32,000 nt of DNA from Wolbachia endosymbiont of Cimex lectularius (GTDB lineage Bacteria; Pseudomonadota; Alphaproteobacteria; Rickettsiales; Anaplasmataceae): NCBI RefSeq assembly GCF_000829315.1, contig NZ_AP013028.1:930001-962000 (forward strand), written 5' to 3'. The translations under genes and the position numbers were made by a program. The notes beneath the pieces are model-generated. The model saw only the letters and a list, made by a program, of their open reading frames with translations, searched no databases and was not told the origin of the DNA. Shown here in pieces: positions 8,865-18,389 of this stretch (the stretch's first letter is position 1; each line of letters opens with the position of its first letter).

Positions 8865-9734
8865 TTAATCTCTGCTACCTAAAATAAGTAACTTATAATC
8901 AGACAATTTAACAGTAGAGTTTACACTCGACTCGCTTACTTTGATAAAATCAGAAATTTTCATTTTATCATCCCTTATAAACTTCTGTTCTAATAAAACA
9001 ACTTCTTCATAATATTTAGCCATTCGACCATCTACTATTTTCTTTGTCACCTCTTCAGGTTTATTTAAGCTTTTCACCTGTTCTTCAATTATAGAACGTT
9101 CATTGCTTAGCTTTGCTTGATCTAAGTCATCTATAGAGAGAGCTTCGGGCTTCATAGCAACTACGTGCATCGCTATTTGTCTCCCGACTTCTTGCAACTT
9201 TGACTTATCACCGGATGATTGCAGTGCCACTAAAGCACCAGTTTTACCTAGGCCACACACATCACCATGTGCATAACCAGCGACAATCCCGTTCTGAGCT
9301 TTCAAGTAACAAAGCTTGCTCAGCTCTAACTTTTCACCAAGAATAGATGTGCCATTTATGATAGCTTCCTGCACCGTACCAATGCCTTCATATTTGGCAT
9401 TTTTTAACTCATCAACGCTAGTACAGCATTCTTGATAAGCAATTGATGCTAAATTTGAGATCAGTTCTATAAATTTCTCATTTCTTGCAACAAAATCAGT
9501 TTCACAATTGAGTTCAATCAATACGCCACGATTTTCATCCAAATGCATAGCAATTAGACCATCTGAAGTTACCCTATCGAACTTTTTGTCAGCCTTAGCA
9601 AGCCCTATTGTACGTAACTTATCAATGGCCTTTTTGATATCACCATTACACTCTTCTAACGCTTTTTTACAATCACTTAAACCAAGCCCTGTTCTATTGC
9701 GTAGTTCCTTTATGCTATCTGGATTCATCTTCAT
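8865..9734 (-). CDS. tsf: Elongation factor Ts
   Basis: N-terminal UBA-like IKELRNRTGLGLSDCKKALEE and the ELNCETDFVARN motif. It sits in the conserved position downstream of rpsB. Confidence 0.95.
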   Translation of the reverse strand: MKMNPDSIKELRNRTGLGLSDCKKALEECNGDIKKAIDKLRTIGLAKADKKFDRVTSDGLIAMHLDENRGVLIELNCETDFVARNEKFIELISNLASIAYQECCTSVDELKNAKYEGIGTVQEAIINGTSILGEKLELSKLCYLKAQNGIVAGYAHGDVCGLGKTGALVALQSSGDKSKLQEVGRQIAMHVVAMKPEALSIDDLDQAKLSNERSIIEEQVKSLNKPEEVTKKIVDGRMAKYYEEVVLLEQKFIRDDKMKISDFIKVSESSVNSTVKLSDYKLLILGSRD

Positions 9735-9737
9735 TCG

Positions 9738-10562
9738 TTACACCTCCTTTTCATCTTCTTTATAAATTTTACCGTGTCCCTTTTTAGTCTGTACAATATT
9801 ATCTCCTTTTTCTTGAATAAACTCATCACCCTTTATATTACCAACCTTAACTCCAGATCTTGCTAAACTAGATTCTATTCCGGTCAATATAAAGTCTGCA
9901 GCCAGCCTACAATAGAGTTCTATTGATTTTCTTGAGTCATCATTCCCTGGTATAGGATAAGTAATATCATCTGGATCAGAGTTAGTATCAAGTACTGCAA
10001 CTATTGGAATTCCCAATTTTTTCGCCTCTTTAACTGCAATGTGCTCTTTATTAGTATCAATGATGAACAAAATATCCGGAATTGCTCCCATCTCTCTAAT
10101 GCCACCTAGTGCCTTATCAAGCTTTTGCCTTTTCTTTTCAATATTCCCTAATTCTTTCTTCGTTAAAACGCTATTTTCATCATTTAGTATTTTTTCATAT
10201 TGAATTAGTGTTTTTATTGAAGAAGAGACAGTTCCCCAGTTAGTAAGCATACCACCAAGCCATCGATAATTTACATAATATTGACCACAACGAACTGCCT
10301 CACTTGCAATAATATCCAAAGCTTGAAATTTTGTACCAACAAATAAGATGCGACCACCTTGAGATGCAACTTCATATAAGGCCTTCATTGCCACCTGTAG
10401 TAATGGCAACGTTTTTCGTAAATCAATTATATGTATACGATTTTCTTGATGCACCCCATATATGTATGGAGCCATTTTTGCATTCCAGCGACTAATTTTA
10501 TGACCAAAATGTACGCCAGATCCAGCTAAATCACGTATAGTGATCTCAAGTAAGTTTACCAT
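9738..10562 (-). CDS. rpsB: 30S ribosomal protein S2
   Basis: [15 protein letters not shown] and WLGGMLTNW motifs. The ORF track opens at 10592, but the ATG at 10562 ([12 protein letters not shown]...) sits 7 nt after a GGAGG and matches usual S2 N-termini. Confidence 0.9.
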   Translation of the reverse strand: MVNLLEITIRDLAGSGVHFGHKISRWNAKMAPYIYGVHQENRIHIIDLRKTLPLLQVAMKALYEVASQGGRILFVGTKFQALDIIASEAVRCGQYYVNYRWLGGMLTNWGTVSSSIKTLIQYEKILNDENSVLTKKELGNIEKKRQKLDKALGGIREMGAIPDILFIIDTNKEHIAVKEAKKLGIPIVAVLDTNSDPDDITYPIPGNDDSRKSIELYCRLAADFILTGIESSLARSGVKVGNIKGDEFIQEKGDNIVQTKKGHGKIYKEDEKEV

Positions 10563-10742
10563 ATTCATTCCTCCAAATAGTTTATCCTCCATGGCATAAC
10601 CCTAATAGGACTATTTGTATAAGCCATGTGTGAAATCAAATTATTTATATAGTAATATAAAAGGCAACAAAGTGCAAACAAAAAACGTTGACAAAAGACA
10701 ACATGTTTATTAACTTTAAAGTCAGAAACGCTAAAAGGAAAT

Positions 10743-10816
10743 GGGGGTGTAGCTCAGTTGGTTAGAGCGCATGCCTGTCACGCATGAGGTCGTGAGTTCA
10801 AGTCTCATCACTCCCG
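10743..10816 (+). tRNA. tRNA-Asp (anticodon GTC)
   Basis: Acceptor GGGGGTG/CACTCCC, D-arm AGCTCAGTTGGTTAGAGC, anticodon stem CATGC/GCATG with loop CTGTCAC, T-arm GTGAGTTCAAGTCTCAT, discriminator G. Confidence 0.9.
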
Positions 10817-10981
10817 TATATAACTTCTAGCACAATCTAAGTTCGTTATTTATTTTACCCTATTCCGGTGTATGGCAGCACAATGAATTGCGGCATAATG
10901 TTGGAAAACCTCATTGGACTTTCTGCATAACTTAAACTAGTAATAGGACAAATTAAAGGTACCGTTTTGCCAGTCAATAAT

Positions 10982-11166
10982 GGTGTCATTCCAGCACGTG
11001 ACGCTAGATCCAATTTTTTGGCAAATTCATTCAAAAATGTTGTATAATGTACTTGTTTACGATCAATTTTGCTGGATCTCAGTGTCATCTACTTGCATAA
11101 CATTGTTTGCTATGTAAATTGTCCCTAAATTAAAACATTTGCACAATAACATGTTGGAATGACACA
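10982..11166. repeat. Degenerate copy of the MITE-like palindromic repeat family
   Basis: GGTGTCATTCCAGCACGTGACGCTAGATCCAATTTTTT resembles the GGTGTCATTCCAGTG..CACTGGAATCCAGAAATTT module at 7259-7300. Further fragments: GCTGGATCTCAGTGTCAT and GTTGGAATGACAC. Confidence 0.45.
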
Positions 11167-11188
11167 AGGTTTGCGTTTATAAATTAAG

Positions 11189-12307
11189 TTGATTATGCTA
11201 AAAGAATTTGAAATTGAACCTCTGCTAAAAGATAAATCTCCACATCAAACCAAAGCTGTGGTTGCAATGTCTGGTGGAGTTGATAGCTCTGTTGCAGCAG
11301 TATTGCTACATCATCTTGGGTACCAAGTAATTGGTGTGACTCTTCAGCTATATGGTAGTGATGGTAATGCTAACGCGAGAAAAGGTGCATGTTGTGCCGG
11401 ACAGGATATTTATGATGCCAAGCGCGTAGCTGAGAGTACTGGCTTTCCTCATTATATCTTAAACTATGAAGAAATATTCAAAAAGGAAGTGATAGAGGAT
11501 TTTGCAAATACCTATATGCGTGGGGAAACTCCTATACCATGCGTAAAATGTAATCAAACGGTAAAGTTTCGTGATCTATTGCAAGTTGCAAAAAATCTTA
11601 GTGCAGATGTGCTAGTTACAGGGCATTACGTGATAAGGTTGGAAAAGGATGGTGAGGTAAAGTTGTGCACAGGCATCGATAAAAGTAAAGATCAAAGTTA
11701 TTTTCTGTTTGCCACAACAAAGGAGCAGCTGAAGCTTTTGAGGTTTCCACTTGGTAAGTTCTATAAAAGCGATGTGAGAAAATTAGCAAAACATTTTGGT
11801 TTGCGAATTTCTGAAAAGCCAGACAGTCAAGATATATGCTTCGTTTCTGAGAGCTATAGTGAAACAATAGCTAAGTTAGCTCCACAGTCTGTGCAAAGAG
11901 GCAAAATTGTGGATATACATGGAAAAGTGCTGGGCGAGCACAACGGCATAGTAAATTTCACAGTGGGGCAAAGAAAAGGTCTGGGCATTGTACACAGCGA
12001 ACCCCTCTATGTGATAAAAATCAGTACAGAAAATAATGAGGTCATAGTAGGTCCAGTTAGCGCACTAATGCAAAGAAAAGTGTTGGTCAAGGAGCTGAAT
12101 TGGCTAGAGCAACCAAAGGAAGGCATGGAAGTAACTGTGAAGCTCCGGTCATCACACGCGGGGAGCTTAGCAACAATATACCCAGCCGCAGAACAAAATA
12201 AAGCTTGTATTATTTTGAACGATGATTACTTTGGCATCAGCCCCGGCCAAGCCTGCGTGGCATACAAAGATGACCAAGTTATCGGCGGTGGGTGGATATG
12301 TTCTTAA
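11189..12307 (+). CDS. mnmA: tRNA 2-thiouridine(34) synthase
   Basis: PP-loop [12 protein letters not shown], then CVKCN and DQSYFL motifs. The start could be the TTG at 11189 or the ATG at 11195. Confidence 0.9.
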   Translation: MIMLKEFEIEPLLKDKSPHQTKAVVAMSGGVDSSVAAVLLHHLGYQVIGVTLQLYGSDGNANARKGACCAGQDIYDAKRVAESTGFPHYILNYEEIFKKEVIEDFANTYMRGETPIPCVKCNQTVKFRDLLQVAKNLSADVLVTGHYVIRLEKDGEVKLCTGIDKSKDQSYFLFATTKEQLKLLRFPLGKFYKSDVRKLAKHFGLRISEKPDSQDICFVSESYSETIAKLAPQSVQRGKIVDIHGKVLGEHNGIVNFTVGQRKGLGIVHSEPLYVIKISTENNEVIVGPVSALMQRKVLVKELNWLEQPKEGMEVTVKLRSSHAGSLATIYPAAEQNKACIILNDDYFGISPGQACVAYKDDQVIGGGWICS

Positions 12308-12377
12308 CTCAAAGGTCCCATTAGCGTTAGAACGCTTGCAGTACATGTTTTCATGAGCTGGAATAAATGTCCCAGCA

Positions 12378-13249
12378 TTATATAGACCTTCCACCTGCTT
12401 CTTGAGTTGGGAAAGTTTGGTTCATAAAGGTAAATGGAGTATCTAGTTTTTCAGTCAGTTTCATGGTTACACTATCATTTTTCTCAAGACTCTTGGCTAT
12501 GATATCTGCAACACTTTGTCCTTCGAGGAGACAGTTTTTGCCTAAGCTTTTTTTCTCTTCATCTTCTAACTGAGAAAACCTTGTTTTACTCTCCTTATCA
12601 ATCTCTACTTTTATTCCCCTATTCTCTGTTTTTCCATCCTTTGTTTCTGTACTGCTGGGGTATAAATGGATACTGATCTTCCCTACCTTAGTAATAAAAG
12701 ACATTTCAATGCTACCTTGTAAGACATCTGTATAGTTTCTTTTTTCATCTTTGTCTTCTTCAAATCTTACTATACTTTCTCCAATATGAAATATATAGTA
12801 TTTAAAATTTAATTCTTCTATTTTGAGATCATTTGTAACTTTTTTTAGACCATCTACAACTTTTGCAACCCCAATAGTGCTATCTTGCGGATATTTTGTA
12901 TAAAAATAACAGTTGTCTACATCTACTACTAGATCGTTTTTTTGAACCTGTGTATCCTTATTTACTATACCCCATATGCCGCACTTTTGAGCTTATTACG
13001 GATTTGTTTACGCTTTTCAATAAACTCAGACATATCTCCCCCTATCATCCTGCATAATCTTTCATGCTCATCATAAAAATTTGGTTTCAATTCTATTCTT
13101 CCACCATTTACAATTAACTTACGGACGATATTAACTACAGTTTTTGCATTATTTGGATCATCCAATGCGCTTGTACATGGACTACCACCAAGCTGGAAAT
13201 TCCTACTTGCTGCAGATGTGATAACAGGAACACGACTCAAAATATCTAA
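12378..13249 (-). pseudogene. Decayed gene of unknown function: 5'-truncated at IS copy 1 and internally frameshifted
   Basis: One minus-strand frame is open from the IS boundary (13249) to a stop at 12965-12967. A second frame is open from 12992 to 12378, yet its first ATG is only at 12704, leaving 96 stop-free codons upstream. Adding one base in the C4 run at 12970-12973 fuses the two frames. Confidence 0.55.
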
Positions 13250-14109
13250 GAACCTGTTTAAAATCTTGGAAATGTGAGGTAAAGTAAGCATAGATTAATA
13301 ATGAGGTGTCTATGCAGAAAAGTTATCCAAGTAATATAAGTCAAGAGCAGTTTGAAAAAATCAGGCTAATTTTGGAGAGTAGCAAGCAGAAAATAAAACC
13401 AAGAAAACTTGATTTGTATGACGTATTTTGTGGGGTGTTGTACGTCTTAAAAAGTGGTTGTCAGTGGAGGATGTTACCAAAGGGTTTTCCAAGATGGGAA
13501 AGCGTATATTACTATTTTCGAGTGTGGAGTAAAAAGAATGGAGAAGAGCCAAACTTGTTGGAATTAGTCTTAAAAAAAATTAGTTGGAGAGGTCCGTATC
13601 AGCAATGGTCGGAAAGAGAAAACTAGCTTTTGTATAATTGATTCTCAAAGCGTTAAAAACGCAGATACTGCTGAAAAAAAAGGTTATGATGCAGGTAAAA
13701 AGATTTCAGGGATAAAGCGCCATATTGCAGTTGATACACAAGGTTTGCCACATGCAATTTATGTAACAACGGCAGAAGCAACTGACCGTAGCAGTGCTGT
13801 GAAAATGGTCGAAAATGCTAAAGCAAACCTCTCTGAAGTTAAAAACATACTGGTTGATGCTGGCTACACAGGAGAAAATTTTGCAACACAAATAAAAGCT
13901 ATCATTGGTGCGACTGTTGAAGTAATAAAGCGAAGTGAGTTACACACTTTCGTCGTATTGCCAAAAAGATGGGTTGTTGAACGCTCTTTTGCCTGGTTAG
14001 AAAAGTGCAGGCGATTGTGGAAAAATTGCGAGCGGAAGCTCAACACTAGCTTACAGATGATAGTCCTCTCCTTCATTTCTCTCCTGTTACGAAGATTTTA
14101 AACAGGTTC
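13250..14109 (+). mobile_element. IS5-family insertion sequence, copy 1 (860 bp)
   Basis: Termini GAACCTGTTTAAAATCTT...AAGATTTTAAACAGGTTC (18-bp perfect inverted repeats), flanked by TAA at 13247-13249 and 14110-14112. Near-identical to copies at 20340-21200 and 23792-24652. Confidence 0.9.
13306..14101 (+). CDS. IS5-family DDE transposase, encoded in two frames (OrfA 13306-13626; catalytic part in the +1 frame from the A8 run at 13572-13579 to 14101)
   Basis: OrfA has an HTH-like YVLKSGCQWRMLP motif. The downstream frame reads ...IIDSQSVKNADTAEKKGYDAGKKISGIKRHIAVDTQG...VDAGYTG...VVERSFAWLEKCRRLWKNCERK, the DDE and YREK-type signature of the IS5 family. Confidence 0.85.
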
Positions 14110-14147
14110 TAAGGTTACTCGGATGACACTAATATTGTGCGTCCATT

Positions 14148-15155
14148 CTACTGTGATACAGGTAGATCAATCTGTAAATTCTGCACATCCATAAAAAACA
14201 GACCTTCTTTCTCGTCTTGAATGCCGATGGTAGTGTGGGTGTTAAGAGGTAAGGGATCGTTTGTATACCCATGGCCTATTCCTTGAATTGTGAACACCGG
14301 AAAGTTGATACTTTTTGCAAATCTCTCTTTTACAATTTCAATAAGATTATCGTTACCGGAATCAGTAAAGCTACCAAAAATCACCGCTTGCACTTCATCG
14401 AAAATATGAGCTTGTTTTAGGTGATCTAAACTGCGTTCCATTTCGTATGGATAAACTCTTATGTCTTCCAAAAATAAAATTTTGCCTTTTGCATTTACTT
14501 GCCAAGCAGTTCCTACACTATTTTCAACTAAAGTCATATTACCACCAACAATTTTGGATTCTAATCTGCCGTTTTTTAGTTTAATGCTATTGTTAATTAT
14601 TTTTAAATTATCGAATCTAATAGAGCTGCGTTTGTTCAGAATTAACTCTTTTAATTTTTCAACAGAGCTTTCAGAAACGGAGTTATTTACTATCATTTCC
14701 AACATGGTACCGTGAAGAGTTTGCCAATCATATTTTGCTTGCAGGTAGATGTGCAAGGCAGTGATATCGCTATAGCCTATGAGAATTTTTTTATTTTGGG
14801 CAATTCTTTCTTTTTTATCATTGGGCAATCTTTCTAGATAAGGAATTAACCGAGAAGCTCCCGTTCCTCCTCTAATGCACCAAATTATTTTGCTATCGTC
14901 GGTTAAGGCGCTAATTAAATCATTTGCTCTGAATTCATCGGAGTTAGAGTAGAATGGATTATCGTTACTGTATATTTTCTCTGCAATATGGGGATAAAAA
15001 CCCAAGGCTTCCACATATTCTTTTATGGTAGTTAGATCTGACTCTTTTCCCTTCGAAGAAGGAGCAATAATATCAACTTGATCAACTGCACAGACACCCG
15101 TGTTAATACATAAAACAAGGATGAAGTATAAAATGTAAACAATAACGGAACGCAT
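14148..15155 (-). CDS. LD-carboxypeptidase (peptidase S66, muramoyl-tetrapeptide carboxypeptidase-like) with signal peptide
   Basis: The GYSDITALH nucleophile motif, a downstream E and a GIGHG histidine region. Hydrophobic N-terminus (VYILYFILVLCINTGVCA). Confidence 0.8.
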   Translation of the reverse strand: MRSVIVYILYFILVLCINTGVCAVDQVDIIAPSSKGKESDLTTIKEYVEALGFYPHIAEKIYSNDNPFYSNSDEFRANDLISALTDDSKIIWCIRGGTGASRLIPYLERLPNDKKERIAQNKKILIGYSDITALHIYLQAKYDWQTLHGTMLEMIVNNSVSESSVEKLKELILNKRSSIRFDNLKIINNSIKLKNGRLESKIVGGNMTLVENSVGTAWQVNAKGKILFLEDIRVYPYEMERSLDHLKQAHIFDEVQAVIFGSFTDSGNDNLIEIVKERFAKSINFPVFTIQGIGHGYTNDPLPLNTHTTIGIQDEKEGLFFMDVQNLQIDLPVSQ

Positions 15156-15772
15156 TAAAATATCTTATAAAACTCTTTTTTTAGTATGTTCTCCAATTCA
15201 GAAAGTGAAACTTCAACTCCTAGTTCTTTCATTGATGTAACACCATAATCTTTCAGCCCACAAGGAATAATGCCTCTGTAGTGAGAAAGATCTGGAGAGA
15301 CGTTAAGTGCTATGCCATGGTAAGTTATCCATTTTCTTATACGAATGCCAAAAGCTGCTATTTTTTCTTCTACTCCGTTGTTATTTACCCAAATACCTAT
15401 TCTATCCTCTTTGAATTCTCCGGTGATATTAAAGTGCTTTAAAACATTTATGGTCCAATTACCGAGGTCTCTAATATATAGTCTTATATCGCATTTATTT
15501 CTTTTTCTGAGATCCAACATTAAATATATAATGCGCTGCCCCGGGCCATGGTATGTGTATTTACCACCTCTGCCTGTTTTATATACAGGAAATAATTTTT
15601 CAACAATGTCGTCATCTGTTGCACTGATCCCTGCTGTGTAAAGTGGAGGGTGCTGGAGCAGCCATACTAACTCATCAGATAAACTATCGTAAATTCTTTG
15701 AATTTTTGCTTCCATGAATTTTACGGCATGGTTATAATCAATAAGCTGATTAGATACTAGCCACTTTACCAT
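15155..15772 (-). CDS. lipB: Octanoyltransferase (lipoyl(octanoyl) transferase)
   Basis: RGGKYTYHGPGQ, KIAAFGIRIRKWITYHG and the IIPCG motif. Confidence 0.9.
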   Translation of the reverse strand: MVKWLVSNQLIDYNHAVKFMEAKIQRIYDSLSDELVWLLQHPPLYTAGISATDDDIVEKLFPVYKTGRGGKYTYHGPGQRIIYLMLDLRKRNKCDIRLYIRDLGNWTINVLKHFNITGEFKEDRIGIWVNNNGVEEKIAAFGIRIRKWITYHGIALNVSPDLSHYRGIIPCGLKDYGVTSMKELGVEVSLSELENILKKEFYKIF

Positions 15773-15801
15773 GTTCTGTTTCTACATTCTTTAAGTTTAT
15801 T

Positions 15802-16186
15802 GATGTATCCTCGTGTCACACGTAGTTATACGAACGTTTTTGGCTTGACCCAGCAGTAGGTGTCATGCAAGTAGCTAACACTGGAATCCAGAAATTTGAT
15901 TGTAGATAGCGCACTGAACTGGTGAGCATAGCTGTTTTACGCTAAAACGAACGTCTTTGATTAGATTGTATGAAAAGCTGGATCCCAGTGTCAAGCACAC
16001 AACTGTACGAACATTGCAATTAGCAGGTAATTTGCGTAACAGACGGTGTCATCCCAGTGCTCCGACACTGGGATCCAGCTTTTCCATAATCATCAAAACG
16101 TCGTATTTTAACATAAAACAGCTACTTTTATACTCACCAACTTAATAAAATTCCTGGATGCCAGTGTCAAGCACTGGCATGACACC
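15802..16186. repeat. Two abutting MITE-like repeat copies in opposite core orientation
   Basis: 15879-15998 closely matches 7280-7406 in the same orientation. 16045-16186 carries the same module with the core reverse-complemented. Perfect 9-bp-stem hairpins at 16051-16074 and 16158-16180, and a TIR-like segment at 15802-15836. Confidence 0.65.
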
Positions 16187-16285
16187 ATCATAAAGGAACC
16201 AGTTGTCAACTACTCTGAATCATTAACATCTCGCATTAATTCTGCCGCAATTTCAAATTTTTAACAAACTTTTCAGGAGGCAAAT

Positions 16286-17470
16286 ATGAATCTCAATATC
16301 TTTCAAAGGAGAAAAGCACATAAATACTCTGCTTTGCAGCTCATAATGGAGCCAAGTTGGAGTGAGCGCAGTTATGCGAGTTTTGCTGAGGAAGGCTACG
16401 TCAAAAATGTTATTGCCTTTCGAGCAATCAACATGATTGCAAATGCTGCATCTTCAGTGCCTTTTATTCTCTACCGGCTTACTAATCAGGGAAAGTCACA
16501 ACTAAAAGTCCATCCGTTACTGAAGTTACTTTATTCTCCCAGCCCAATAACATCAAAATCGGAGTTTATTGAGGGAATTGTAACTCACCGATTAATCAGC
16601 GGCAATGCTTATGTGTTGATGATTGAGCCGAAAAACAATAGGAAACCGCCAACAGAGCTCTATCTTCTGCGCCCCGATAGAGTTGAGATTGTTCCTGGAA
16701 GGAATAACGTTCCTTATATATACCGCTACACTGTGAACAATAACAGTTATGACTTTAAGGTCAATAAGCTAACTGGACGTTCAGCAGTGCTACATCTTAA
16801 AACCTTCAATCCTTTGAGTGATTGGTATGGACTGTCACCAATTGAGGCAGCAGCATATAGTATAGATCAGCATAACCAAGCTGGCGCTTGGAATCAGGCA
16901 ATGCTGCAAAATGGGGCAAGACCAAGTGGCGCAATAATTGTAAAACCAGCAAAAGATGGGAGCAGTGGAAATTTAAGCCAGGAGCAGTATCAGCGCTTGA
17001 AAGAACAGATAAGCGATCATTACTCAGGCTCTGTCAACGCTGGAAGGCCAATATTGCTTGAAGGAGGCTTGGAATGGAAAGAAATGAGTCTATCGCCAAG
17101 AGATATGGATTTCATTGAGTCTAAACATAGCTCAGCTCGCGATATTGCACTGGCTTTTGGTGTTCCGCCGCAGTTGCTTGGCATACCAGGTGACAACACT
17201 TACAGCAATTTAGTCGAAGCACGCCTTTCCCTTTGGGAGCAGACGGTTTTGCCAACACTAGAAAACATCGTCTGTCACCTAAATTCTTGGCTGACACCAA
17301 GATTTGGTGAAGATCTGTGCTTGTCATACGACAAAGATGCAATAGAAATTCTCATGGAAAAGAGACAAAAGCTGTGGAAATACGTAGAAAACGCAAGTTT
17401 TATGACTCTCAATGAAAAAAGAGAAGCATTTGGCCTGCCGCCGTTGCCGGGTGGTGATGAGTTGGATTAA
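16286..17470 (+). CDS. HK97-family phage portal protein (orphan; GTA/prophage-derived)
   Basis: 394-aa ORF with a strong AGGAGG Shine-Dalgarno sequence. Its length and sequence pattern (N-terminal SYASFAEEGY..N.VI..A...IA, central GNAY, C-terminal SARDIALAFGVPPQLLG) are typical of HK97-type portals. No terminase, protease or capsid gene is adjacent. Confidence 0.85.
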   Translation: MNLNIFQRRKAHKYSALQLIMEPSWSERSYASFAEEGYVKNVIAFRAINMIANAASSVPFILYRLTNQGKSQLKVHPLLKLLYSPSPITSKSEFIEGIVTHRLISGNAYVLMIEPKNNRKPPTELYLLRPDRVEIVPGRNNVPYIYRYTVNNNSYDFKVNKLTGRSAVLHLKTFNPLSDWYGLSPIEAAAYSIDQHNQAGAWNQAMLQNGARPSGAIIVKPAKDGSSGNLSQEQYQRLKEQISDHYSGSVNAGRPILLEGGLEWKEMSLSPRDMDFIESKHSSARDIALAFGVPPQLLGIPGDNTYSNLVEARLSLWEQTVLPTLENIVCHLNSWLTPRFGEDLCLSYDKDAIEILMEKRQKLWKYVENASFMTLNEKREAFGLPPLPGGDELD

Positions 17471-17558
17471 AAAACCTTACTTTTAGTATTAATATATTTA
17501 TACTATTAATAGGTATTTTATATTTATGCAAAATATATTAATAAACTCAAGGTAAATT

Positions 17559-18029
17559 ATGAACAAAACACAACAAAGAGAATTAGATGAGCAGCTTTTT
17601 CATGCTGTTAATCAAGGAAATATAAAAGATGCTAAAAGATTAATAGAGACTGGGGCAAGTATTCATCCATTTTTTCTATATGAAGCTACTTGTGAAGAAC
17701 ACGAAAAGATGATAGAGCTTTTGCTTAAGGAGAGAGCAAATATTAATGTAGTAAATAGGAAGGGATTAACTCCTTTGGATTTTGCTGGTAGAAGTCAACA
17801 TGCTAACAGGATAGTTATGGCTAAGTTGATAGTAAATGAAATAGTAAGACTAGAAGTTCTTGGTTTCTATATAACTGAACGCAATTTAATGCTAGCAAAT
17901 GATTTTATAGACTCTTCTGGCGAAATACGTAACAATTTTTTGCAGCATCGTTCAAGCTGTGAGAAAGAAGTTGAGAAACTTGAAAAAGAAAATAAGCCGC
18001 ACATTATAAATGTGATTTCAAAACTATGA
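17559..18029 (+). CDS. Ankyrin-repeat protein
   Basis: ANK motifs (LFHAVNQGNIKDAKRLIETGASI; EHEKMIELLLKERANINVVNRKGLTPLDFA). Confidence 0.8.
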   Translation: MNKTQQRELDEQLFHAVNQGNIKDAKRLIETGASIHPFFLYEATCEEHEKMIELLLKERANINVVNRKGLTPLDFAGRSQHANRIVMAKLIVNEIVRLEVLGFYITERNLMLANDFIDSSGEIRNNFLQHRSSCEKEVEKLEKENKPHIINVISKL

Positions 18030-18271
18030 CATTTGCTGGTATAAAAAACTTTTTTAAAGTTCACAGTGGTAATTTTAAAGAAAAACTGGGAAATGGAGGA
18101 ATAACTCTGATTAACTTTGTAGATTTTGAAGATGTTGCAAAAAGACATACTCCTACACTAAAAGTACAGGCATTTGCAGAATTTGTAAGAAATAATGCAC
18201 CCAGCAGAAATCTTAGCAGTTCAAACGCTGAACAACACCTGGGGTTGTGGTTCTATTGTTCGATCCTTTAA
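18026..18271 (+). CDS. Hypothetical 81-aa ORF overlapping the ankyrin gene stop (ATGA); possibly a frameshifted C-terminal continuation
   Basis: The start ATG overlaps the TGA of the upstream ANK ORF and there is no independent RBS. No recognisable domain. Confidence 0.3.
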   Translation: MTFAGIKNFFKVHSGNFKEKLGNGGITLINFVDFEDVAKRHTPTLKVQAFAEFVRNNAPSRNLSSSNAEQHLGLWFYCSIL

Positions 18272-18283
18272 TCACCCCATGTA

Positions 18284-18304
18284 CATAGGCCCGTTGGGCC
18301 TATG
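18284..18304. terminator. GC-rich perfect hairpin between the ankyrin locus and dnaN (terminator-like, no U-tract)
   Basis: CATAGGCCC-GTT-GGGCCTATG: 9-bp perfect stem with a 3-nt loop. No T-run follows on either strand. Confidence 0.3.
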
Positions 18305-18389
18305 CTTAAAGTATGGAACGGGCAGCAGAGTTGCCAGTAAAATAGCACTTTACTTTACGTAGAATTTGGATATCATTTGAAATATATTT

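Noticed and set aside
10855-11088. 77-aa minus-strand ORF between tRNA-Asp and mnmA
   Set aside because: It lies almost entirely within a degenerate copy of the palindromic repeat family (10982-11166). It has no RBS or recognisable motif and is most likely a repeat by-product.
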